From Thalia democratica (Eukaryota): DNA of 64,000 nt. This document shows, piece after piece, positions 51,318 to 62,727 of the stretch (positions are counted from its first letter, which is position 1; each line of letters opens with the position of its first letter). Location of the stretch: positions 32,488,001 through 32,552,000 of the forward strand of contig OZ241829.1 in the NCBI GenBank assembly GCA_965202585.1, in the 5' to 3' direction. A program made the translations under genes and the position numbers. The notes below the pieces were generated by a model, which saw only the letters and a list, made by a program, of their open reading frames with translations, did not search any database and had not been told where the DNA came from.

Positions 51318-52050
51318 CAGTAACCTCTCGCTTATTTACGCACATTGTGTCCACATAAAAAATGCGTAAAGACATGAGAGATCGTAAAGATACGAGAGGT
51401 ACCAAATATACTTACTATAACGGCTGTTTTTTGATATTGCATCTAGTTAAAAGTAGACTTATTTATATACTAATAAAAGAAGTATTTAATTTATATAAAA
51501 TAATAATACTCGAATTTTTTTTAAATAATTTTAATTATAAGTAGATTCTATCTTTATTTAAATTTGACTTATTTGATACAAAACATTTATATTCTATTCT
51601 TATTAGAAAATAAAATTTATACTTAAGCATTTTTTTACAGTTAAGAAATGGTGTGGTATCTATATTAAAATTTGTGTTGCTTTATTCATATATAGGGCAA
51701 GAGTGCTGTTTTATTTATTTTTATTTTAAACTTTCATTATTTAAGACAGTCATACTTCTTTCAAAATTTTTAATAATTTAATCTCTTATTGTTAACATAA
51801 TTTCTGATATACTGAGGTATAACTAAATAATTAGCAATTAGTCAAGGAACATAAGTTTACAAAATCTAAGTATATAGAGGTAAGAAAGCAATTAAAAATA
51901 TATTTTAAATTAAAAATGTACAGTAAACCTAACTAATGCAATATTAAAAAAACTTAAATTTTTATTTTTTGGATTTTTTAGAATTCTAAAATGCGTAACT
52001 AAACGAGAGTGCGTAACGTCACGAGTGCGTAAAGATGTGAGAGGTTACTG
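51318..52050. mobile_element. Tc1/mariner pogo/Tigger-like MITE
   Basis: TA-CAGTAACCTCTCGCTTATTTACGCAC ... GTGCGTAAAGATGTGAGAGGTTACTG-TA; TA TSD; repeated GCGTAAAGA motifs. Confidence 0.85.
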
Positions 52051-53029
52051 TATATCCAATATACTAGTGTACCTGACTATGTTGAAACTTAATTTTTTAT
52101 GTGTTCCTCATATGGTTAGTTTTTTTTTCTTACCAACTTTCAGGTAAACATACCATTTTTTTTTTTTTTTTTTTGGGATTCAAGGGTTATTTTATATAAA
52201 TTCACATTTGCTTTTAAATAAAAGCTTAAAGTATAAACTATATGTCAGTTTTTCTAACATTGAAATTATTTTAATAGCTCTTGATATATATTCAGTTTTG
52301 TGAAAAGTTTTCCATTCAAATTATAAACTAATTTTTTCATCATCAATTTTCTAGGAACTTAAAATATTTGCTAAAAGTTTATCTTAATGTTTAGATTAAT
52401 TACCTTAATTTTTTTAGGAAATATTCTTTGCATTAAAAAATTTTGCTGTAATAGTTTGGTAAAATTAATAACTAATGACTGAATGAAAAAAAAAACTTTT
52501 TTTAATTTTTCAAAGAAAATGTATTTTTTCTCAAAGTTTTAAAGATCCTACAATATGATTGTTAATTAAAAAATAAAAATTAAACCACCTAAGAAAGATT
52601 GCTTAAAATTGTTTAAGTTAATAGATTTTTAATGAGATAGTTTATTTTTTATTTTTTTAAAACTTTTCTTTCCATGAGAAACCTGTTAGACTCTCTAATT
52701 TTAATTACTTCTATCTCAAAAACTAGTTTTAGTTTTAAAATACAGCTACTGTTAAATAAGTTAAATACCTTTAAACTAAGATCAAAAGGTAAAAAAGTTC
52801 CTTACACTCTTTATACCTTTAACTATATTTCTAAAGTCTCTTGATTCAGTTGTTTTAAAAACAAAATTTTAAATACACTTACTATTATTAACACCTTTAA
52901 AGTAGTTTTAAATATATTGAAATTAATTATTATGGATGTGGTTATGGTGCCACAAATTTTAAAACAAATTTAAAATAATCAGATTTGTTAGAACATAAGA
53001 TACTCACACTATTTGATTTGAAAAACCAA

Positions 53030-53230
53030 TGCAGAAGTTTGAAAAAATAGTGCTGAGCTTTTAAAACAAGTCCCTAAATCCACACTTTATTGTGTCCTTA
53101 AAAAAGAAATATGTTATAAAAATTCTAGAAAATGGTGCAAAAAACTGTCATATAAGAGTACAACACTAAGTACTGTTGGAGATAAATTTTGTTATCAGTA
53201 CCATGAATTATCAAAGTATGCTGTAGACTT
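53030..53230 (+). mobile_element. Possible decayed pogo-type transposase N-terminal (HTH) remnant
   Basis: Frameshifted translation SAELLKQVPKSTLYCVL...TTLSTVGDKFCYQYHELSKY resembles psq/CENP-B HTH regions. Confidence 0.35.
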
Positions 53231-54040
53231 ATTTATTTAATTTATAGTGTAGAAATTAACTTGGATAAATTTTGGTTTAAAACTAATAATTTAGTTATAA
53301 TTTTAAAACTAACAGCTTTAGTTCTAGCATTAAGCATGTAAAGTAAATATAGCTAGTAGAATTGTCGCCTAAATTATTGTTCATTTTCTACAAACTGAGC
53401 ATTGTAAACAAAACTGATAAAAATAAAAAAGCTAAATAAACTAACTCCTTAAATTTAAAATTTAAAGAGCACGAAAAAGAAATTTAAAAAGATTAATTTA
53501 CAAATTAATACAAGATGCAGACAAATCTGATGCTCTAAAAAATCAGCTATTTTACTTATAAAAGCTATAGGAAAAAACAGGTATGAACATTAAGTAAATA
53601 TAAATTTGAATTGGTAAAAATCAAGGTTATAAAAACTAAAAAAAAAAAAGTGTAATTTAATTAAATTAATTGATAAGAGGTTATGGCTTTATTTACTCCA
53701 AAAAATATCTTTTATGGTAACAAATTTAAAAAACACATTTTCATTCAAAAAATTTTGTATTATTTATTTAAAGCATAAAAAAGATAGCTTTTGTAACTAT
53801 TGAGTCATTAGTTGTTAAAAGTTAAATTTAAAGTTAAAGTTTGCTTTAAATTCTTCTAGTAGTGCATTGTTGTAAAAAAGCATTGTAAAGTTATTTATTT
53901 TTATTATTTTTAATTTTTTTTTTTTAGTTTCTTTTAAAAATTGTATACTATTTTTGCTTTTTATTTTTAGTACTTGATTGGGTTATAGTTATAAGTTTTC
54001 TTACTACTTGAAAACTATTTTCACTCTAATTGCATTTTTC

Positions 54041-57000
54041 TATTAATCTACCAGATCCGATTCTGATTCAGCTGCAAGGATCAGGATCTGGCCAAATCCT
54101 GATTTTTTAAAAAGATCAAGATCTGGCCGGATCTAACTAAGATTTTTGAGATTTTGCCGGATCCAGATCCAGTTTACTGAAATATCTTAAGTTTCTGCAT
54201 TGAGCTTGTTTCAATTTTGTACATATATTATTGTGATTTTGCTTAAAAACTTTTTTTTAAAGTAATCTTTACTGCTCTTTAGTGTCTTTTAAATTTATAA
54301 AAACCAATTAAGATTGCTGTTTACAGACTCAGAATAAGTTATTTATAAGCATTTAGTTTAAAGAAGAATGCATATATGAAATGAAATTATATCAAAAGAT
54401 TTGTGTATCAAAAAGATTGTTTAGTATGAACATCATTGATGAAATTAAGACCTGTGAAATTTTGTAAAAGGTTTTTAATTACTGAATTTATTAATGAAAA
54501 TAATAAAAGGCCCCTATCAGCCAAGATTGGCTATGCGTAATTTTGCATAGAGAATAAATGATAAAAGATATATAAAGCACAGCGATGCAATAAATAAAAC
54601 AAACAGCTAATTAATGAATACAAAAAAAAAAATCATCCTGCTTTTCATTTCTTCACCTTCTTTGGTTTCTTAAAGTATCGTTTTTCCCTTTTTTCTATCT
54701 TTTGTGTGTGTACAGTAGATCTCCCTTAGTGCGGTCATATGCAAGCAACTCCTGCTCATCAGTTCTTACATTTAAACTTTTTAGGTTGCGATCAAGTCCA
54801 CAAACATAATTTTTGACAACTTTGAATGCTTTGCCAACAACTAACTCATCACGCAACAGAGACTTTGAATTTGCTCAGCACCCATCCTCAGAACATGAAC
54901 GTGCCAGCAAGGCCTGCGCTGACTGACTGTAATGTACATGGCGAGACTAGTGCATCTCAGCACTTCCTTGTTGGTAATCTTTTGTTGTCATGTGATTCTA
55001 AGGATGCAAGGAAGGTATTGCAGGTGGAAGATATTAATTTTCTTCTCCTGCACTCTAGACATCTATGTTTTCCTACGCTATATCAGAGTATTGCATACAC
55101 AGGAACGATAAACGTTAGTTTTTGTGCAAATGCTTAACTTTTGTTTATTCCAAACTTTTGCAGTCATATGAGCAAAAGTGCCTGAGGTCTTACTAATGCT
55201 ACAATTTATTTTTGTGTCCAATGATATGTTTGAGACTACAATCGAGCCAAGGTATACAAAGTTTATTTTTTAATTTTCAACGTCATTGCCATTTGATTGA
55301 TGGTAAAATGTATGTTATTTGACTTAGAACTTTAGTATTCTTAAGACTTATTGTAAATTCAAAATCCAAGCATGCTAATGAAAACTGACTCAGCAGTGTT
55401 TGCAGGTCTTGGGAAAAGTGACCCACGAGTGCAGCTCTTCAGCAAAAAGAAGATCAAGTATTGTGACAATCTTCAGATTTCTCTTTGCTCTTAGACTTGC
55501 AAGGCTGAAAAGTTGTTCATCAGTATGGAGCTTAATTCTAACTGTTGAGGAACCAAAATCCTGCTATAATAACATTGAAAAGAAGATTCCAAACAGCATT
55601 GGAGCAAGCACGCAGCCTTGCTTTACCCTACTATTGATTTTAAATGAATTAGAAACACTACCATCTTATTGGATGGTTGCCCTTGTGTTTGTTAGAAAAG
55701 ACTTGGTATAAAGGCATATACTGTTCATTACATTTCTCTTGTAACTGACGTACAGAGAATATCATGTCAGTAGTAGATTGTTTAGACCTAAATCCACATT
55801 GAGACTCAGGCCTCATTACTTTTTCATCCAGTTTCTGAAGTTGAGGAAGAATTACTCTTGCAAAAGCTGATTTTATTAAAAAGAAAACAAAAAAAAAGAT
55901 TTTAACATTTAAGTATATAATTTTTTAAATGAATTTTGCCTGAAAACTTTGGCATTAAAAAGACTAAATAAATTAAAAGAAAGTGTCCAGTACAGCATGG
56001 TTTACAAAAAGTTTGTTCCAATTATATTGTTACAGCTGAAAAATGGCAACTTGTTGGCCACATTATTGAACTGATTGAACCTTTTTACATAGTAAAGCAG
56101 CAGTATAGTAGAAACAACGCATGTAAATTGTTTTTTAATTTTAAAGCAAATAGAACACTTGGTCAAAGTATAGGTCAACTTTGGCAGAAATATAGAAGAA
56201 GCTCTTAGAAGAAACTTGTATTCTTAAAATAACAGCTCACATTTGAACGTTCATAATAACAGCTTGTTGTTAGTCAAAGTTTTTAGTTATCCCTCCTAGT
56301 CTGAACTAGAAGTTTAAAAGCTGTTGAAGTTAGAAGTAAAAAAGCATAGTTGTCATGAGACTAATTCAAGTAATCACTTTCCTCTAGTACTGCCTAATAA
56401 TCCTAAAACTCAACTATCTACAAATGATTTTCCCAATGAAATTTATTTTCTTATTCATTTTTGAAACAGAAACAAGTACAGCCACTCACGAAAGAAAGTA
56501 ACAAGATTCAGTTGATCAAGAGATTGAGACAGAAATTAAGGTTTTTTTTTGCTGGAAAAAATTTACTTTAACAAATTAAGCAAGCTGAAGTCTTATCTTG
56601 GTGGAAGTAAATCGAGAAAAGATGCTCAAATCTTGCCAGGTTTGCAAGGAAGTTTCTTTCAGCACCTCTATCTTTTGTTTATTTTGAAAGGTTATTTTTT
56701 TAAGCTAGTAACTTGTACAAGCAAAAGAAAAGTTGACTGCTTCCAAAGACTGGCAGAAAACTTACTTTTATTCCTTTATCTCATTTTTTAAAACATAGAA
56801 TACGTTTCTTTGTAATTTAATAGTATGGATATAAGTAAATGTTGTTTACTAAGTTTGTAATCATTTGCTTACTGCTTATTCATTTACCATGTTGGGCAGA
56901 ATTTTTCTGTAAACATGTTTGGATAAGTACAAAAAGACTTTTTTTTTCTTCAAATAATATAACTGCTGTATACTATGCAATGCATAATAAATAATAATAG

Positions 57001-57785
57001 TTGTCATGCACCTCATCTTAAACAAAAAGTGTTTGAATTAACAACCTTTATAAAATTGTTTTAATTAAAAATCAAGCATAAAAGAACTTTTATACGGCCA
57101 TATTCTAAAAAGACTTTGAATTTAATGAACTACCAATAAAGATTTAAAAGTTTAAATAAAAAAATTAAGTCATATTTTAAATAAAACTGTTTAAAAAAAA
57201 ATTAAAAATTGACTTACTTTACACGCTAAGGTTTTCGAAAATTAAACTAGTTTTGAACAAAGTTTGAATGTAAGTTTTAGTAGTATTATAAAGTCATAAT
57301 AATGAACTAAATTTCAGAATTTATTAAAAAAAATTGAAATTTTCTTACAGCATGAGAGCTTAAATATTTGTATCACACAAAATTTTTTGTGTTTAACATT
57401 GTAAATTTTTTGAATTTTCATCTCGACCAAAACTGTCCAAATAAGTGAACAAGAACTGTACTTATTTTTGTATATCTAAACAGTTGCTAAAGAAGTTGAT
57501 CTTCATCTCTTATTTCAAATTTTTGTATATAAAGGTTTGATATTTTCTAAGCATTTTAACATTTGGTTTCTTTTTCTTTTATATTATACCAGATACAAAA
57601 TTCAAATTAGTTTGTATAAGTAGAAATATCTTATCTTAAAAATCTGATATATGAAATATCTTTAAGACTCATATCTTAAAATTTAAACTGAGAACTCAAT
57701 CATATAGATGAAATTTCTTTAATTTTAAAAAAGATCTGAGTCTGGATCTGGCCGGATCCAAATTAGTGGATTTAGTAGATCACTA
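54041..57785 (+). mobile_element. Decayed hAT DNA transposon
   Basis: Ends TATTAATCTACCAGATCC and GGATTTAGTAGATCACTA with GCCGGATCCAGATCC subterminal repeats; about 56590-56770 translates to a hAT dimerisation remnant VLSWWK...NLARFARKFLSAPLS..YFERLF; no TSD retained. Confidence 0.75.
54703..55868 (-). mobile_element. 5'-truncated RTE-clade LINE nested in the hAT element
   Basis: Minus strand reads PESQCGFRSKQSTTDMIFSVRQLQEKCNEQYMPLY and VKQGCVLAPMLFGIFFSMLL with stops and an internal deletion of the KAFD region. Confidence 0.85.
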
Positions 57786-58922
57786 ATTTATATGTGTTGA
57801 GGTAAGTTAGATTTTATTAGATCAAACTTGAAATGATTTAGAATTTTATTTGCTAACTAGTGTGGAGACATAACTAGAACAGTAACGTAAATGAAGTCTT
57901 TGAAACAACTTTAATAAAACAATATAGAAGGTATAATTGAGTACTTGATGTACAAAAGTTACTTAGCAACAAAAAATATTAGTATATCTTAAGATTAATA
58001 CTTGGATTAAAAGTTTTTAATATTTTTGCTTAGTCAGTAAATTCTTGGAAAATTTTTCATAGTACCCAAAATTTTTTTCATGGTCAAATATTTTTCTTCA
58101 ATAATTTCTTTTGGTAACCATTAAAAAGTTATTAAAGTCATTTTAATGAAGTTTTTGATAAAACAAAGGATTGAAACAAAACTTTTGATTTAAGTCCATA
58201 TGAAAGGGAGGGTTGAAAACTCAAATATATACTATGAAATGCTTTTTATTGAACAATGATATTTTAATAGTTTTTTATGATATAGTAATTTTTGTAAACT
58301 ATTGCTAATTATTTTTGAATTTCAAATAATTACTTAATATCTATCTCCTAATACATTTTTGGAGCAAATAAACTTCAAATATTTAGTTTGAACTTTCTAT
58401 AAAGAGCTTTATAAACTCTTCCACTTTAATCACTACATATCAAAAGTTACTATAGGAAAAAAATAACTGACACCTTAGTTCTTAAAGTAAAAAACTAGAT
58501 CAACTACAATAAAATCAATTTACTTATGACCTTAATGAACAGTTTTATGATTAATTTTGGCCAATTGCTCTATATCATAGTTTTCACTATTATTTTCATA
58601 ATCACCCCCTTTTCAGAAAATTAGAAAAATGATTGCCCCCACTTATTACAAACCCCAGAGTATCAAGTGAAAATTTAAAAATTGTTTTAGAGTGACCTAC
58701 TTTTTTTTAAATTTCATTTTAAACCCCATATAACTACATGACTAGTGTAAGCTAACCCCCAAAATGCCCAAAATTAAAAAATTCTCCCTCTTTTCTACCT
58801 TAACTAGTTATTGCTCCCTAACTTACTTAAATTGCCCAAAAAGAGGCAATATCCCCCCTTGGTTATCCCTGCTGTATATACTGTTATGTGAAGTTGATTT
58901 AAAGTAATTTATATAATATAAA

Positions 58923-59005
58923 TTGCAACTCAATAACGGAAAAGGTTTTTGTACATTAGGTCCTTGGAACAAACTTTTTAAGCATTTATTTATTGTTCAA
59001 TAAAC
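58923..59005 (+). repeat. ~120-bp structured dispersed repeat, copy 6 (degenerate, 5'-truncated)
   Basis: GCAACTCAATAACGGAAAAGGTTTTTGTACATTAGGTCCTTGGAAC...TTGTTCAATAAAC. Confidence 0.7.
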
Positions 59006-59472
59006 AGTTTAATTTCATAAAACTAGTTTGAGAAGTTTATTTAAGGTGTAATTGAACTACTACTATGAGCATTCATCTAAAAACTTGGAGGTAAGTTATT
59101 TAAAAACTTATAACAGATTTATTTTTAAGTCAAATCAATGAAATTTAGTTAAGGGTATTACTATTATGAGTTATATACATCATGTAGTTTGTTTAAAACA
59201 AACTATTTATTTAATAATACTAAATTTTTTAAAACTTAATTTTGTGTAGTTAAAACTAAATTCAAATTTATTCATCTTGACATTTAAAGAAAGTGATTGT
59301 AATTTTTTTCATTGTGCTTTTAAAATGCATTGATTTTTGTACAATTTTAGAAGTTTGAAAAATTATCAAGTTATCATTTTTATTAAGAGTACTTTTAACA
59401 CTAATAAATACTTAGTTTTTCAATCTCTAATATTTCAAAGGTTCATTAAAATAAACAGAATTTACAATAAAA

Positions 59473-61524
59473 ATGGAACTAATATACTCTACATCAAATT
59501 CAAATACTGAGGATGTTAAGTTTGTAAACATACTTGAAGATGTCCAAAAAAGTGTACTAGGGCCTACTTTAAAATCTTTACGAGATTTTAATCCTCCTCA
59601 ATACAAGCATGCAAAGTTTAATAATCCTGAGCTTGTTTGGAAATCAGCTCTGGCCAGTGACAGAGTTCAGCACATTATCAAGAAAATATCAGATGAAGAA
59701 GAAAAGAGTATTAAACAGGTCACATCAGAAGCAAGCAAAATTTTGAAAGAAATGGCCCACACTGACCATATGTCTGTTGTGAGAACCCTGGGCTTTGCAC
59801 TTATGACCATTGCCAAGCAAATTTACCCTGGTGGTTTGTTTGTGAACGTTGCTGCCATTGATTCTTTTAAGGAGTCAATGACTAATTGTCCAGCAGTTTT
59901 TATTCCCAGCCACAGAAGCTACATGGATTTTCTTATATTTTCGGTGATTTGTTTTTGTGTTGATTTGCCTTTGCCTGCTATTGCTGCTGGTATGGATTTT
60001 ATGGGAATGAAGTTTGTTGGGGAAGCATTAAGATCAAGTGGTGCCTTTTTCATGAGAAGATCTTTTGGTAAGGATAGACTTTATTGGGCTCTTTTCACTG
60101 AGTATGTACACTCAGTCATTATTAGTGGACCAAGAAGCCTTGAGTTCTTTATTGAAGGTACTAGAAGTAGGACTGGTAAAAGCTTGAATCCAAAGCTTGG
60201 CTTACTTTCAATAGTTGCAGAGCCATTTTTAAAGGGAAAAGTTTATGATACTTTAATAGTACCTGTCAGCATTTCATACAAACGCATCCTTGAAGAGAAC
60301 TTGTATGCGTATGAAATGCTAGGCATCCCCAAACCTAAAGAATCAACTTCTGGTTTGTTAGCTGCAACTTCAGTTTTACAAGAAAACTATGGAAACATTT
60401 ATGTAAAGTTAAACGAGCCAATATCACTGAGGACTTACTTTTCGAAAGTTGACAGGTTAGCTCACGCTCAATCTCCTCTTCACCTGCAGAACCTGTCAGC
60501 GTTGGAACAAGATAAAATAAAGCTCTTAGCTTATCACATAGTAAAAGTTCAGCAGTGCAATATGGTCGTAAACGTTTTTCCAGCAATTTGCTTTATTTTA
60601 ACTTCTCACGGATACAGCATGAGGTACAGCAACTTGGTGCAAGAGATGAAGTGGTTTGATAGCCTTTGCAAAAAGCTCAATGTGAGCATCCATTGCAATG
60701 TAAATGGCCTTGAAAGTAGCATACATCATGCTCTAAACATGTTCAGTCACATTGTTGCAATGAATACTGTCGAAGACCAATCTTCAACTGTTTATCAACA
60801 GGTGGATGTTGTTGAAAAATCTTCTGGTTTAAACACTCCTAATCTAGGTAATAAACTTGCTGCTGTCAATTACATTCTACTGTCACACTACAGGAACCAA
60901 ATTATTGACAAGTTTGTGGGCATAGGTCTGCTGTTTCTTTCCGCAGTTAAAAATCATGATGTCTCTCTTGTGTGTGAAAATATATTCAGTGCTAATGACC
61001 TTTATAATGATTTTAGTTTTATTTGTGATTCTCTTAAACATGAGTTTATTTTTATTCCTGGTTACAACGAAGCGCTTTTCAGACAATCGCTTGAAAAGTT
61101 AGTAGACTTGGGAGCTTTTGAAGTAACTTCTGATGGTATTAAAGTAAACAAGCATTCAAGCAAACTTTTCACTTTTCTATCAACCATCTTCAAACCCTTT
61201 ATCACCTTGCAATTACTTTCACTCCAATATTTTAGCATCCATGGCAACTTTGTAGAGCTGAGAGCATCAAAGAAAAACTTGCAGCAGTTTGTTTACAAGA
61301 ATGTCGGCCTTGACACCAGCTTGCTTCATATTGTTTCTCTCAACATGATTTCAAATGCGATCAGTTCTCTCTTAGATCGCGGTTGCCTGCGCTTATCAAA
61401 AGTATCCGGGAAAACGTGGGTGTTCAGCTCACTAGATTGCATTGATTCCCATTTCCAGCGCTTACAGCCTTTTGTTGATTTTGAAGTTTCCAAGTGCTCA
61501 AAAGTCGTTGCATCTAAGTTATAG
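59473..61524 (+). CDS. GNPAT: Dihydroxyacetone phosphate acyltransferase (glyceronephosphate O-acyltransferase), intronless, 683 aa
   Basis: Acyltransferase motifs PSHRSYMDF, GAFFMRRSF and FFIEGTRSRTGK; C-terminal peroxisomal PTS1 SKL. Confidence 0.92.
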   Translation: MELIYSTSNSNTEDVKFVNILEDVQKSVLGPTLKSLRDFNPPQYKHAKFNNPELVWKSALASDRVQHIIKKISDEEEKSIKQVTSEASKILKEMAHTDHMSVVRTLGFALMTIAKQIYPGGLFVNVAAIDSFKESMTNCPAVFIPSHRSYMDFLIFSVICFCVDLPLPAIAAGMDFMGMKFVGEALRSSGAFFMRRSFGKDRLYWALFTEYVHSVIISGPRSLEFFIEGTRSRTGKSLNPKLGLLSIVAEPFLKGKVYDTLIVPVSISYKRILEENLYAYEMLGIPKPKESTSGLLAATSVLQENYGNIYVKLNEPISLRTYFSKVDRLAHAQSPLHLQNLSALEQDKIKLLAYHIVKVQQCNMVVNVFPAICFILTSHGYSMRYSNLVQEMKWFDSLCKKLNVSIHCNVNGLESSIHHALNMFSHIVAMNTVEDQSSTVYQQVDVVEKSSGLNTPNLGNKLAAVNYILLSHYRNQIIDKFVGIGLLFLSAVKNHDVSLVCENIFSANDLYNDFSFICDSLKHEFIFIPGYNEALFRQSLEKLVDLGAFEVTSDGIKVNKHSSKLFTFLSTIFKPFITLQLLSLQYFSIHGNFVELRASKKNLQQFVYKNVGLDTSLLHIVSLNMISNAISSLLDRGCLRLSKVSGKTWVFSSLDCIDSHFQRLQPFVDFEVSKCSKVVASKL

Positions 61525-62727
61525 CCTAATCAAATTTTTATGACTTATGATATTTTATTGGTTGTTTTAAGTCGTGCTTTCTAGTTATTTTGAGTTTTAA
61601 ACTTTACTTCTTAAATTTTTGCATTTGTTTAATGCTCTCTTAAAGTAAGGAAGTAATTTGTGCTTGATATTTTTATTTAGTTGGAAAATTTTACCTTTAA
61701 ATAAACATTTTATTTTCTCAACTTCGCTTCAATGTTTCTATTTTATTTATTCAGGCTCATAATGTTTTTTATAAAACTTTATAGATAATTATAAAATGTG
61801 GCTTGTGACTTACAAAATTATGTTTTATTTATTTTTCAAACAATATACTTTTGAAACTTACTATAATTTTGCACAATTTCAGAGCTAAGTAATTTAATTT
61901 TTAGTAAATAATGCTGCTATTACATAGAAGTAATATTGTAAATTATTTTGAGATTATAAATTTAGTGTTTTTGTAAGTTTTTATAATTATTAGATTTATA
62001 AGACATATTCTAATGTGCTAATTAAAACAATTTATATTTATTTGAATCATTTTAGCTTTATATGCATTGATACAAACAAAGTTTTTTTCTTGTACTCTTT
62101 TCAAAAATTGCAAGCTAACCTATTAAGTTTTTATAAAAGTAAACTCCATTTCATACATTTGATTGTCTCGATTTTACTAAATTAAAAAAGTTCTTTTGTC
62201 GAAATTATTATCTGCTGATCTATAAAATTCGCTTTTATACTTTATTAGTACTTCAGTAAACACTTATGAAATTAACAAAACAAACTGTTTGCATTCCTTT
62301 TATTAAATTTACAATAAAAACGTGCTAAATTTTTTTAAAACCTTTAAAATGCAAGTATACTTTGATGTTAAGTTTATATAATGTTTTTTGGTGAAATGTT
62401 TTACTGTATTATTTAGAAAACTCTTTTAGGTTATGAAATATTTTAATATATTATTTGTTACAGTAATTTTTATCTTTTTTTTTTGACTCTCTCAGTACGT
62501 GTAACATAATAAAAACTACTTGCAGTATATTTTAGCGAACATTTTTTCTTATCCAATCTTAATTTAGCTAATTACTAAACTTTCTTTTAGTAATAAAATC
62601 AGCTCTTACTATCATTACTTTTATCTACTCGATTGTGACCAATGACCATATGCAGTTTATTTTACGTTACTATGCTAGCACAACAGTTATCTTATTATTT
62701 TCAGTGACATCTTATTACTTTACCACA

